Shown here one piece after another: positions 13,154-20,961 of a stretch of DNA of 24,011 nucleotides. A model generated the notes under the pieces. The model was given only the letters and a program-made list of their open reading frames with translations. It made no database searches and was not told the origin of the DNA. Position 1 is the stretch's first letter, and each line of letters starts with the position of its first letter. Location of the stretch: the IMG/VR virus record IMGVR_UViG_3300027975_000015, positions 1-24,011 of that record, one strand, 5' to 3'. Source of the DNA: a virus. Taxonomy: Duplodnaviria; Caudoviricetes. The position numbers were made by a program, and so were the translations under genes.

Positions 13154-13392
13154 TCCTCGTTCTTGACGGCGGCGTTCTCGCGGTGACGATTCTCGCGGTT
13201 AACCTTCCGCTTGTTACGGTGCTTCGCGCTCGCCGTCCAGATGCCGTCATCGGTCCAGCCAGTGTAGCGATCAGCACGCTTGAGGTGCTTCTCAAGCTTC
13301 AAGGCCCCGTCACGCCCTTGCTCGACGGGGTTGTTGTCAGCCTGGTGCCATTGCTTGTACCCACTCGGGTACTTACGAATCGTGCGAGCCAC
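13150..13392 (-). CDS. Hypothetical basic protein
   Basis: 80 aa; GTG start with GAGG SD. Confidence 0.7.
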   Translation of the reverse strand: MARTIRKYPSGYKQWHQADNNPVEQGRDGALKLEKHLKRADRYTGWTDDGIWTASAKHRNKRKVNRENRHRENAAVKNEE

Positions 13393-13394
13393 AG

Positions 13395-13655
13395 TTACCT
13401 CTTGGGAGGAAAAAGCTTTTGAAAGACCTCGTCAGGACCGAACGTGCTGTAATAGCGACTCTTGTATGATCCCTTGTAGTCCCAGATGCCGCAGAATACA
13501 CCATCGACTGCGAACCCCCAGCTATACTTCACCTTGTCAGGGTCATCAAGGACGTTCGGCTTGAAACCGAGAATGGCGGAAATTTCCGCCACCGTGTAGC
13601 CGACAATCGCGCCAGTGCGGTAATCGCCTGGCTTGTTGATAGGTACGATCTTCAT
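13395..13655 (-). CDS. Hypothetical protein
   Basis: 86 aa; GGAG SD; tightly packed. Confidence 0.75.
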   Translation of the reverse strand: MKIVPINKPGDYRTGAIVGYTVAEISAILGFKPNVLDDPDKVKYSWGFAVDGVFCGIWDYKGSYKSRYYSTFGPDEVFQKLFPPKR

Positions 13656-13832
13656 TCATTTCTCCATTGACTTCGTTGAGGTCTTCATCTTCACGATCTT
13701 CCAATCAGCCGTCTGTCCTTCTATCAGGCTGACGAACACGGTGTCACCGCCAAGCGTGCGAACAACGGGCCGCTCACCTCCACGTGAGGTCACGACAATC
13801 GTCACCACAAACTTGCGAGTCTTAGACAACAT
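13656..13832 (-). CDS. Hypothetical protein
   Basis: Track ORF 13656..13925 re-started at the ATG after GAGGAG (MLSKTRKF...). Confidence 0.6.
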   Translation of the reverse strand: MLSKTRKFVVTIVVTSRGGERPVVRTLGGDTVFVSLIEGQTADWKIVKMKTSTKSMEK

Positions 13833-14232
13833 CATACTCCTCATACGGCAGGGGCTCGGGGTCCGAAAACACGCGAGCAACCAGCGTGAAGTCTTCCGCG
13901 CCGATCGACGGATCGTCGTCATCATCGAACGGCAGGTCGCGGTGAAACTCCATCCACTCCTTGACTTCGCTGCGCGTCACATGCCCGCGCGGGCGAAAGC
14001 CGTTGCGATCCTTGTACGCATCCGAGTAGAACCCGTACAGATCACAGTCCACATCCGCGCAATGCGCGGCGGCACCGAGAAGGACCTCAAGCGCCGCGAC
14101 GGTCGCATCGTACATGCGGTTCGCCTCGTCACGCGCAGCGTCGTCGCCGCGCGAGAGGGCGTCATAGGCGGCAGAGCGGAACGCGCTCTGCTCGTCTTGC
14201 AACTTTTGAACCGCCGTCATCGTCGCATCCAT
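13822..14232 (-). CDS. Hypothetical acidic protein
   Basis: Track ORF 13822..14448 re-started at MDATMTAV, just after the stop of the upstream gene; YSDAYKDRNGFRPR motif recalled from phage early proteins. Confidence 0.75.
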   Translation of the reverse strand: MDATMTAVQKLQDEQSAFRSAAYDALSRGDDAARDEANRMYDATVAALEVLLGAAAHCADVDCDLYGFYSDAYKDRNGFRPRGHVTRSEVKEWMEFHRDLPFDDDDDPSIGAEDFTLVARVFSDPEPLPYEEYDVV

Positions 14233-14236
14233 CCGA

Positions 14237-14503
14237 TTACCCCTTCGCGAGAGTCTTGGCAAACTTGTTGCGGAGATAGTCGGGCGCGTAACCGCGCTTG
14301 ATCGACACCACCGTGACCTTACGCGCACGGTACAGCTCGCCCGTGAGACCCGTTTCCAGAACCTTCGCTTCGCGAAGCTCCTTCGCCGTCTGAAGCGCGG
14401 ACGCACGCGACACGCACTGGATGAACTGCACCGACTTGCGACCAGCACCGAGACCAGTCAGCATTTCTTGTTCCCAAAGCACAGCAGCGGGCGACTTGGA
14501 CAT
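14237..14503 (-). CDS. Hypothetical early protein
   Basis: 88 aa; AAGGA SD; first gene after a promoter. Confidence 0.75.
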   Translation of the reverse strand: MSKSPAAVLWEQEMLTGLGAGRKSVQFIQCVSRASALQTAKELREAKVLETGLTGELYRARKVTVVSIKRGYAPDYLRNKFAKTLAKG

Positions 14504-14539
14504 TAGCGTTCCTTTATGAATTACTCAATCGACACCGCT

Positions 14540-14568
14540 ATCCTACGGCAATCGGTGAACCGTGTCAA
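14540..14568 (-). promoter_or_regulatory. Sigma70-type early promoter
   Basis: GGCTTGACA-17 nt-TAGGAT-AGCGGT. Confidence 0.7.
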
Positions 14569-14597
14569 GCCTTTTCTGAAAATTCTTTCCTCAATGG

Positions 14598-14638
14598 AAT
14601 CAAGCACTTACAGAAACCCTATATAAATCAAGCACTTA
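14598..14638. promoter_or_regulatory. Two direct-repeat IHF-consensus sites
   Basis: AATCAAGCACTTA at 14598-14610 and 14626-14638; both fit WATCAANNNNTTR and lie upstream of the promoter. Confidence 0.6.
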
Positions 14639-14859
14639 GCTCGGAACCCGCGTCTGCCCCTGGGGTCAACGTAGCTGGCGGGGTCGCTCAGGCTCAGGAA
14701 GGGGCTATTCCTGCGTCGGAATCCGCCCCTTCTGTCTCCTGCTTCGTCGCGTAGACTGCTCCGCAGCCCGTAATCCCGAGCCTTTTACTCGGGCTTGTTC
14801 AACTTTTGCCCTTGTTCATGTAACGTGAACACCACATTTCGATGAACATCAAAATGACC

Positions 14860-15324
14860 CTAGCCCTGATCAGCACCCGCTTTCGCAGCACTTTTAGGCT
14901 CGGTCAGGAGACCAGGAAATGCCACGCGAACGAGTGCCTCGTCCACACCTGGATATTTCTCTGTCAACTGACCGTCCTTAATCGCGACCAGAAGGTCTGC
15001 GTCAGATTTATCTAGACTCTCCAGCAGATCAACGAACAGCATTTCCTTTCGAATACGCTTGATGTTCGTGTATGCCTTCTCGTAGAGATAGAAGGTCTTC
15101 GTCTGACCGCGAAGGTTGTTTCGTGCATACCCTTCAGGAACAGCCTCATTGCGCCGTGTCGGCGGATAGCCCGGTGGTAAGTCCCATGTAAAGTTGGGAT
15201 CAAACGCAACGGCCAGCACCAGCTTGATGCCCGGGTCTTCGTACTTACGAAGCAACGCTACACGGTCCTCCGTTACAGGCGTGCCACTCAATTCACCTAG
15301 AATCTGTGGAATAGTCTTTTGCAT
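14860..15324 (-). CDS. Conserved T4-like phage hypothetical protein (DUF6433-like)
   Basis: FDPNFTWDLPPGYPP and RKEMLFVDLLESLD...ADLLVAIKD patterns; this family usually follows rnh in T4-like phages (recalled). Confidence 0.8.
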   Translation of the reverse strand: MQKTIPQILGELSGTPVTEDRVALLRKYEDPGIKLVLAVAFDPNFTWDLPPGYPPTRRNEAVPEGYARNNLRGQTKTFYLYEKAYTNIKRIRKEMLFVDLLESLDKSDADLLVAIKDGQLTEKYPGVDEALVRVAFPGLLTEPKSAAKAGADQG

Positions 15325-16256
15325 TAGAAGTCTCCTACAACCTCAATCATGTTACGCATACGTTGCTTGATAAAGTAGTCAAGCAATCCCCGACGGCTAT
15401 TAGTCTTGACTGCATGATATCTAGACATGATATCCTGCCGCACCTTTTCAGGGATGCATCGCAAGTCAATGAGATTCCTGTTGCGCTCAAACCATTGCAA
15501 CTCTTCCGGAGTCTCGCAGAAATCTTTTGGATCTTTGTGAAGGTAGTTCGGCAGCTTCTTCTCCATGATCGCCTTCTGCCGCAGATCATCGACAAACGCA
15601 TTGTCAGGGGAACGGAAATTAGGAACGCCGTCGCCCTTGTCTCCACGAATGATATGCTCGCGCAGCGACAGTTCCGGCCCGCCCTTACCCTTCACCCACT
15701 TCTTTAGGATCGGACTGTACTGCTTCACGTTGCTATACCGTTGAAGCTGGTGAAAGTCCTTGTCGCCCGACAGAATCAAGACTGGCTGCGGTTCGTTGTC
15801 GAACACATTGGCGCTGCTCAATTCATTCGTGGCGAAGTAGTCGCATAGCACGCCGATAATGTCGTCTGCCTCGGCCCCGGGCACAGACAGCACCTTGTAC
15901 GGAAAGACCTCTTCCAACTCACGCTTGAGGTCATACAAGGAGTCGAAGATCAACGACCAGTTGGTGTCTGACTCGACACGATCACTATGGCGCTTCGCCT
16001 TGTAGTACGGAAAGTATCCCTTGCGCCACGACTTGTTGTCGGTGCAGATGATCATTTCACCGAACTCGTTATGGAACTTCATGCGATTGGCGCGCAACGA
16101 ATTCAGGATGATGTGCTTCAACAGCGGCACATGCTCCTCGGCAAAGTGGGCCACCTCTTTTGGTCCCATCTGGGCCATGAGGCTGGATATTGCGATCTGA
16201 TTAAAGTCAACTAGAATAGGAATTTTAGTCTCCGCTGCGTATTTTGGCCCACGCAA
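15324..16256 (-). CDS. rnh: T4-type RNase H / 5'-3' exonuclease (flap endonuclease family)
   Basis: Motifs ILVDFNQI, WRKGYFPYYKAKR, EADDIIG, ILSGDKDFHQL, IIRGDKGDGVPN. Confidence 0.93.
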   Translation of the reverse strand: MRGPKYAAETKIPILVDFNQIAISSLMAQMGPKEVAHFAEEHVPLLKHIILNSLRANRMKFHNEFGEMIICTDNKSWRKGYFPYYKAKRHSDRVESDTNWSLIFDSLYDLKRELEEVFPYKVLSVPGAEADDIIGVLCDYFATNELSSANVFDNEPQPVLILSGDKDFHQLQRYSNVKQYSPILKKWVKGKGGPELSLREHIIRGDKGDGVPNFRSPDNAFVDDLRQKAIMEKKLPNYLHKDPKDFCETPEELQWFERNRNLIDLRCIPEKVRQDIMSRYHAVKTNSRRGLLDYFIKQRMRNMIEVVGDF

Positions 16257-16277
16257 GTTTTGTGGATTGAGCCATCA

Positions 16278-17423
16278 TCATGCTACCCTCAGAAGAATTG
16301 TATCTGCATTCACACGGCCGTTAGGCGTGTATTCAACCGCCTTTACGTCATCCAGCAACTTACGCAAAGACACCTTTCCACCCTCTGCAACCTTCGTCAG
16401 CACCTGCTCAGGCTTGCGAAGTCGCTTTTGCTTTGACAGTTCGGTGTCAAAGTTGATAATCTTGGTACCCTTCACTCCGAGACCCTGCGACCCCGTAGCA
16501 CGATACACCGCCAAGACGCGAGTCTTGGTGTTGAACGTCCAGAGTTGATCCGCACCGATGATATCAGGTGCAGCAACGGACTTCACCTTGAACGCATCGT
16601 CAGATTGCTTGTACTTCATCTTCGCAACCTGCACAGATGCGGGCTTCGCCTTACGCTTGCGCGGCGCCCGGTTCACCTTCTTGAAGGTGCCGTAGTCCAC
16701 TGCCTGATTCTTGATCGCAGCAAGCCACTTCACCAACTCACCAATCTGCTTCTTGGTAAAGTTGCCGTAGCCGTCCTTAAGCTCGACATCCTTGGTGATC
16801 AGGACGGTACCGAACTCCTTGATCTTCTCGTCGCACCACGCAACGATAAACGGGATGTAGGCCTGCGGCAGTTCCTTGCCGCGAAGGTAGTTGTAGAACT
16901 CCTTATCGCTAGTCCACTTGCCCTTGCCGTAGATGTAGTTGTCAAGCTCGCCCTCAAAGTCACCGAGCATGGACTGCACCTTCTCGCGCATGAAGTCTTG
17001 AACCGACTTCACTGGCGCCGCAGCAGCAGTCTTGGAAGACGCCGCCGCCTTCGCCACAACATCCTTGCCATCAATGGTAGCCTTCAGCTTCGTAAGACGA
17101 TCTTCGACCGCCGCAGCGTGACCAGCAGACAACGTTGCACCATGCACCAGAAGCCGCGCACACCACGCGATGGTCTTTGGTACCTCGTCGTTGTCGAGCG
17201 CCTGAATGCCAGCAATGTATCGCTTGTCGAGGTGTTGCTTCTTGCCAAACTCCACGAGGTACTTGCGAGCGTCCTTGATATCGCAGTTCATGCCATACCA
17301 ATGAAACGCTCGGAGCAGCTTGCTCTGGTAGTCAGCGGCCTCAGCCTTGATGCTGGGCGCGTTCGGTTCCTTACCACCAACCAGATCACTTACAACACTA
17401 GCAGTCTTTGCAATGCGTGCCAT
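16278..17423 (-). CDS. Conserved hypothetical protein of T4-like phages (basic C-terminal domain)
   Basis: 381 aa; RAPRKRKAKP...IIGADQLWTFNTKTR...KQKRLRKPE; adjacent to rnh. Confidence 0.85.
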   Translation of the reverse strand: MARIAKTASVVSDLVGGKEPNAPSIKAEAADYQSKLLRAFHWYGMNCDIKDARKYLVEFGKKQHLDKRYIAGIQALDNDEVPKTIAWCARLLVHGATLSAGHAAAVEDRLTKLKATIDGKDVVAKAAASSKTAAAAPVKSVQDFMREKVQSMLGDFEGELDNYIYGKGKWTSDKEFYNYLRGKELPQAYIPFIVAWCDEKIKEFGTVLITKDVELKDGYGNFTKKQIGELVKWLAAIKNQAVDYGTFKKVNRAPRKRKAKPASVQVAKMKYKQSDDAFKVKSVAAPDIIGADQLWTFNTKTRVLAVYRATGSQGLGVKGTKIINFDTELSKQKRLRKPEQVLTKVAEGGKVSLRKLLDDVKAVEYTPNGRVNADTILLRVA

Positions 17424-17425
17424 GT

Positions 17426-17761
17426 CTATGCCTTTTCAAAGCCAATCACAGAGTTCCACTTGAACGAGCGCCATGCCTTCTTGTCCAGATCAAAGACGGC
17501 ACATGCCTTTTCTGCCCGTGCCTTCGCCGCATCTTCGGCGAAAGGACGGTCATCCATCACGCGCAACCGCTCATCCGATGATGGCATGTACTTTTCGATG
17601 ACATCCGGATCACGGGTGCATAGCATATCGCGAATCGATTTATCCGCCTTGACAAATCGAACGCGGAAAAGACCGCGCGAAAGCAGGTGCGCGAAAGCAT
17701 CCTTATCTTGTTGCGTTGTAAGATTCAGAACACTCACCGTCACATACGCTACTTCTTCCAT
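17426..17761 (-). CDS. WYL_2 / DUF2693-like SH3 beta-barrel protein
   Basis: VRFVKADKSIRDMLCT...VFDLDKKAWRSF motif. Start moved to MEEVAY (GGAG SD) because the ATG at 17833 lies upstream of the predicted TSS. Confidence 0.8.
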   Translation of the reverse strand: MEEVAYVTVSVLNLTTQQDKDAFAHLLSRGLFRVRFVKADKSIRDMLCTRDPDVIEKYMPSSDERLRVMDDRPFAEDAAKARAEKACAVFDLDKKAWRSFKWNSVIGFEKA

Positions 17762-17834
17762 TGCCGCAATCTCCGATTGTGGTTGATTCCACGTGAATGC
17801 AAAAGGCTGCATCGTTACAAAACGAGTAAGCATG

Positions 17835-17863
17835 ATTATACACTAAAAAGGAAAAGACCGCAA
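17835..17863 (-). promoter_or_regulatory. Sigma70-type promoter overlapping a terminator
   Basis: TTGCGG-17 nt-TATAAT with TG extended -10. Confidence 0.55.
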
Positions 17864-17877
17864 CTAGTCGCGGCCTT
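17845..17877 (-). terminator. Intrinsic terminator
   Basis: AAGGCCGCGA-CTAG-TTGCGGTCTT followed by TTCCTTTTT, after the stop at 17891. Confidence 0.6.
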
Positions 17878-17890
17878 AGCTGGGCTTGTG

Positions 17891-18166
17891 TCAAACCTCG
17901 TTGATTAGTGCGTCAAGGTCCATCCACGGGGAGCCAGTTTCCCGCACAAGAGGCGACTCATGGATCTTCTGCGCTTGTTTTCGACTGATAGCTTCGACAC
18001 TCAGGACAACCTCTCCCAAATACATCTGGTCAAACTCAGTCACAGCCACAGAACCATCATCTACCTTATTGGCTTTTGCAAACCACTCCACAGCCTCCTT
18101 TTCACTCTTGGCCTCAACCAAATAGCGAGACTTAAACTGTGACAAACCTTCAATCATTACCAGCAT
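17891..18166 (-). CDS. Hypothetical protein
   Basis: 91 aa; AGGA SD. Confidence 0.75.
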   Translation of the reverse strand: MLVMIEGLSQFKSRYLVEAKSEKEAVEWFAKANKVDDGSVAVTEFDQMYLGEVVLSVEAISRKQAQKIHESPLVRETGSPWMDLDALINEV

Positions 18167-18181
18167 AACAAAGTCCTAAGT

Positions 18182-18255
18182 TGGAGCGGGATGCGGGAAT
18201 CGAACCCGCGACCGAACCTTGGCAAGGTCCTGAGTTACCACTACACCAATCCCGC
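18182..18255 (-). tRNA. trnG: tRNA-Gly(GCC)
   Basis: GCGGGAT/ATCCCGC acceptor, anticodon loop TT-GCC-AA, U73, CCA; 74 nt. Confidence 0.94.
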
Positions 18256-18262
18256 TTTGTCT

Positions 18263-18439
18263 CTAGAAGAAACTCGGCCGCATGGCGCGAACGAAATCCT
18301 CAAACGCTTCGCGCAGGGCGACTTCGTTGAAGTCGGTTTCCTCAACCTCCACCGCCTTGTCAAAGCTGCGACGAGTACGGCTGTCATCCTCTTCACTTCG
18401 CGTAAGATCACCCACCGAAAAATTCACGAACACTCTCAT
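18263..18439 (-). CDS. Hypothetical protein (58 aa)
   Basis: MRVFVNFSVGDLTRSEEDDSRTRRSFDKAVEVEETDFNEVALREAFEDFVRAMRPSFF*; AAGGAG SD; possible CTAAATA late promoter at 18453-18459. Confidence 0.7.
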   Translation of the reverse strand: MRVFVNFSVGDLTRSEEDDSRTRRSFDKAVEVEETDFNEVALREAFEDFVRAMRPSFF

Positions 18440-18455
18440 GGTATTGCTCCTTTAT

Positions 18456-18698
18456 TTAGTCCCATTTCGTTATGTCGCCGTGCTTTTCGTCGGTCCATTC
18501 TGCAACCGCAAAAGCAACGTTGACGATCCACCACACCACCAGACAAAAGCCGACCAGCTTGGCCAATAGCAGCCCGCCCGCGGCAATGAAGGCCAGAATC
18601 TTGAGGTCCATGAATGCACCCACAAGGGCCAGGACCAGAAAGCCAAACCACGCGAGAACGGCGACGACTAAAATCCGCAATGTCTTGACTGCACTCAT
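18456..18698 (-). CDS. Membrane protein
   Basis: 80 aa; two long hydrophobic segments; ATGA overlap. Confidence 0.75.
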   Translation of the reverse strand: MSAVKTLRILVVAVLAWFGFLVLALVGAFMDLKILAFIAAGGLLLAKLVGFCLVVWWIVNVAFAVAEWTDEKHGDITKWD

Positions 18699-18886
18699 TT
18701 GTTTGGCTCTGCTACAAACGTATCCTCGGCCATTAGCTTGAATACGCGAGGATCGGCAGGAGTAGCAGGCTGATTCCAGACAGTAATGAACCGCTTCCCG
18801 TCGATCACTTTTGTTTGTACGAAATTGGAGGTGAAAACGACCTCACCAGTCCTGACATTCCGTAGCTTTCGAATTAGTTCTTTCAT
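18695..18886 (-). CDS. Hypothetical protein
   Basis: 63 aa; GAGGT SD. Confidence 0.7.
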   Translation of the reverse strand: MKELIRKLRNVRTGEVVFTSNFVQTKVIDGKRFITVWNQPATPADPRVFKLMAEDTFVAEPNK

Positions 18887-18894
18887 ACCTCACC

Positions 18895-19320
18895 TCACGC
18901 AAACACCTTCACTCTCCAGTCCGAACCATGCTTCGCAGCGAGCCATTTGAGGGCCGTCACCTGATGCTTGCACTTGCGGCGGAAGCCGTACCCCACGCAG
19001 TCGCACTCCACCAGTCCCGACGAATGCACCGACAGACGATGCTCGCCCTTTTCTCCGCGCACGATGATATACTTAGTGCCGTAGATAGAAGGCGAACCAC
19101 GAACCTTGCCGAGCACCTCGGACGCCACGACGTTCTTGAGGGCGATCACCGAGACTGGATACTCCGGACGACCCGTCAACAGGTTGAACGTATCCTTCGG
19201 CTCCCATCCCGTCCCACGAACGATGGTGCCTTCGTAGACAGCATCGCGGAACGGTGTGGTGGCATGGATGTAGTCATCCGGATGCCGCACCGTCACTCGG
19301 ACCCGCTCGCCAATGTTCAT
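18895..19320 (-). CDS. SWIM-type zinc finger protein
   Basis: CDCVGYGFRRKCKH (CxC-x8-CxH) motif; AGGAG SD. Confidence 0.8.
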   Translation of the reverse strand: MNIGERVRVTVRHPDDYIHATTPFRDAVYEGTIVRGTGWEPKDTFNLLTGRPEYPVSVIALKNVVASEVLGKVRGSPSIYGTKYIIVRGEKGEHRLSVHSSGLVECDCVGYGFRRKCKHQVTALKWLAAKHGSDWRVKVFA

Positions 19321-19505
19321 GCATCACTCCTAATGTCGCGGCCAACACGCAAGTCCCACATTTCTTCCTGAGCCTGCGTCATCGCTTGATCGAACCCATC
19401 CGAAAAGGCCTGAATGAGGGCCTGGTCGACCTTCTCCATAATCAGACCAACATCAACGCCATCAAGAATCATGGTCTGAATGTCAAGTGCAGTCACATGC
19501 GTCAT
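19317..19505 (-). CDS. Hypothetical protein
   Basis: 62 aa; ATGA overlaps on both sides. Confidence 0.65.
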   Translation of the reverse strand: MTHVTALDIQTMILDGVDVGLIMEKVDQALIQAFSDGFDQAMTQAQEEMWDLRVGRDIRSDA

Positions 19506-19735
19506 ACGTTTTGCTCATCCTTAAGGCGATCGGCCAAGACCGCCTCTCTCTGATCTTCGAACAGACCCTTCATTTCTGGATGAACCGACTGCCAGCAAGC
19601 ATTGTCATATCCTGCCCGGGCACCTTCTTCGAAGATATCGTCCATCATGGCCAATATTTCGCGCCGCGCCATTACAGGCGTCAATTGACCAGTATACACT
19701 TGGCCCAAAAGACTTGTAAGACTAGGCTTTTTCAT
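19502..19735 (-). CDS. Hypothetical protein
   Basis: 77 aa; ATGA overlaps. Confidence 0.7.
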   Translation of the reverse strand: MKKPSLTSLLGQVYTGQLTPVMARREILAMMDDIFEEGARAGYDNACWQSVHPEMKGLFEDQREAVLADRLKDEQNV

Positions 19736-19935
19736 ACACAGTACCCCTCATTGCGAAGATATTGCCGAACGAGTTCCTCAAGCGGCTCACCACGATACAA
19801 CGCCTGCATCATCTTCTCCTGCAGGTCAGTCCTTTTGGGCCAACCAGCATGTCGCTCGTTCAACTCCTCAATCAAATCCTCGTCATCGAAGTCACTAAGA
19901 TCAATTTCAACTTCGGTGTAGATTGTTCTAGACAT
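19732..19935 (-). CDS. Hypothetical acidic protein
   Basis: Track ORF re-started at MSRTIYTEVEIDLSDFDDEDLIEEL. Confidence 0.7.
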   Translation of the reverse strand: MSRTIYTEVEIDLSDFDDEDLIEELNERHAGWPKRTDLQEKMMQALYRGEPLEELVRQYLRNEGYCV

Positions 19936-19995
19936 TAGTCCCACCCTCGCCCACGAAAGAAATCGAACCAAGCACGCAGCCACTCGACTGCATTC

Positions 19996-20220
19996 TCAAA
20001 CTTCTCCTTCATCTTTCTCAGCACGGAACTGCTCCTTGTAAATGTCCATCAGACGATTAGTGATCCAAGCCTCAGGGTTCGCCTGGCCCGACTGCACATT
20101 GAAGGGCATTTCACCGGCTTCACGAAAGTGGTGAAACAGTTCCTCCAAATGTGCCTTTACAATGCCGCGATCCCATTGAAGCATGGCCGCGTAAAAACGG
20201 AGGTGTTGAAGCGGAATCAT
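19996..20220 (-). CDS. Hypothetical protein
   Basis: Track ORF re-started at MIPLQHL (GAGGA SD, ATGA overlap with the upstream zinc-finger ORF). Confidence 0.7.
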   Translation of the reverse strand: MIPLQHLRFYAAMLQWDRGIVKAHLEELFHHFREAGEMPFNVQSGQANPEAWITNRLMDIYKEQFRAEKDEGEV

Positions 20221-20381
20221 TCGACGTCCTCGTTGGGACCAACATCGGGATCGTAATTGACGCGACCCATCGTGCCACAATGGTAACAAGCGTGCTGCAC
20301 CTCGCGGCCATCCTCTTCAATGAGAATGTACCCATACCCGTCACATTGCGGGCATTCCCACGTGCGCGGACGTTCAGTCAT
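20217..20381 (-). CDS. Small DnaJ-type zinc finger protein (54 aa)
   Basis: MTERPRTWECPQCDGYGYILIEEDGREVQHACYHCGTMGRVNYDPDVGPNEDVE*; CxxCxGxG and CxxCxxxG motifs; GAGGT SD; first gene after a promoter. Confidence 0.75.
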   Translation of the reverse strand: MTERPRTWECPQCDGYGYILIEEDGREVQHACYHCGTMGRVNYDPDVGPNEDVE

Positions 20382-20411
20382 GCAGAAACCTCTTCACTGG
20401 AAAGAACCGCT

Positions 20412-20440
20412 ATTATACGGCAAACGGCGAAGCCTGTCAA
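20412..20440 (-). promoter_or_regulatory. Consensus sigma70 early promoter
   Basis: GCTTGACA-17 nt-TATAAT-AGCGGT (perfect consensus). Confidence 0.88.
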
Positions 20441-20444
20441 GCGG

Positions 20445-20494
20445 CAACCCATTGATTTGTAAGGAGAAAATTCTCCTTTAGAATCAACGACTTA
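20445..20494. promoter_or_regulatory. Inverted pair of IHF-consensus sites flanking a palindrome
   Basis: AATCAATGGGTTG (minus, 20457-20445) and AATCAACGACTTA (plus, 20482-20494) flank AAGGAGAA-AA-TTCTCCTT (20461-20478). Confidence 0.55.
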
Positions 20495-20707
20495 CTATGA
20501 CGCCTCTTGTATGACGAGGACTTGGGGGTTCTGCCCCGTCATGTCAAGGAGCGTGATCAGAGCATTCGGAAATGACGCGATTGCCCAATCGACTGCCATG
20601 CCGCGCGGCATGCCACCGTAAAATTGGTGACCGTTCGAATACAGCTCAACATTATCACCGTTTAGATTTGAAACAATGGCGACCCGGCCGACATGGAATG
20701 TTTTCAT
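20495..20707 (-). CDS. Hypothetical protein
   Basis: 70 aa; GGAG SD; ATGA overlap. Confidence 0.7.
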   Translation of the reverse strand: MKTFHVGRVAIVSNLNGDNVELYSNGHQFYGGMPRGMAVDWAIASFPNALITLLDMTGQNPQVLVIQEAS

Positions 20708-20961
20708 TCTCTCTCCCCATATGGAGTCAACTTCGGTTGATCTTCTGGAACCACCACGCCAGGCGACCTCGCCTGGGCCTTATAATACTTATCGTTCGGC
20801 ACGGCCACGATCATCACCGAATCTATTGTTTGCTTGAATGCATCGATGTTCGGTTGGCTATACTTGATGATCGCACAGGTAGTATCTTCGCCATTCTCCA
20901 GACGATCAAGCTTCGACAGCAACGTTTCAAGGTTGCGCCGAGACAGATAGATAGTTTCCAT
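20704..20961 (-). CDS. Hypothetical protein
   Basis: Track ORF re-started at METIYLSRRNL (TAATG overlap with the ligase stop; GGAG SD). Confidence 0.75.
   Translation of the reverse strand: METIYLSRRNLETLLSKLDRLENGEDTTCAIIKYSQPNIDAFKQTIDSVMIVAVPNDKYYKAQARSPGVVVPEDQPKLTPYGERE

Noticed and set aside
16545-17786. 413-aa plus-strand ORF
   Set aside because: Antisense to two credible minus-strand genes; its L/V/R/H-rich composition is typical of codon-bias shadow frames.
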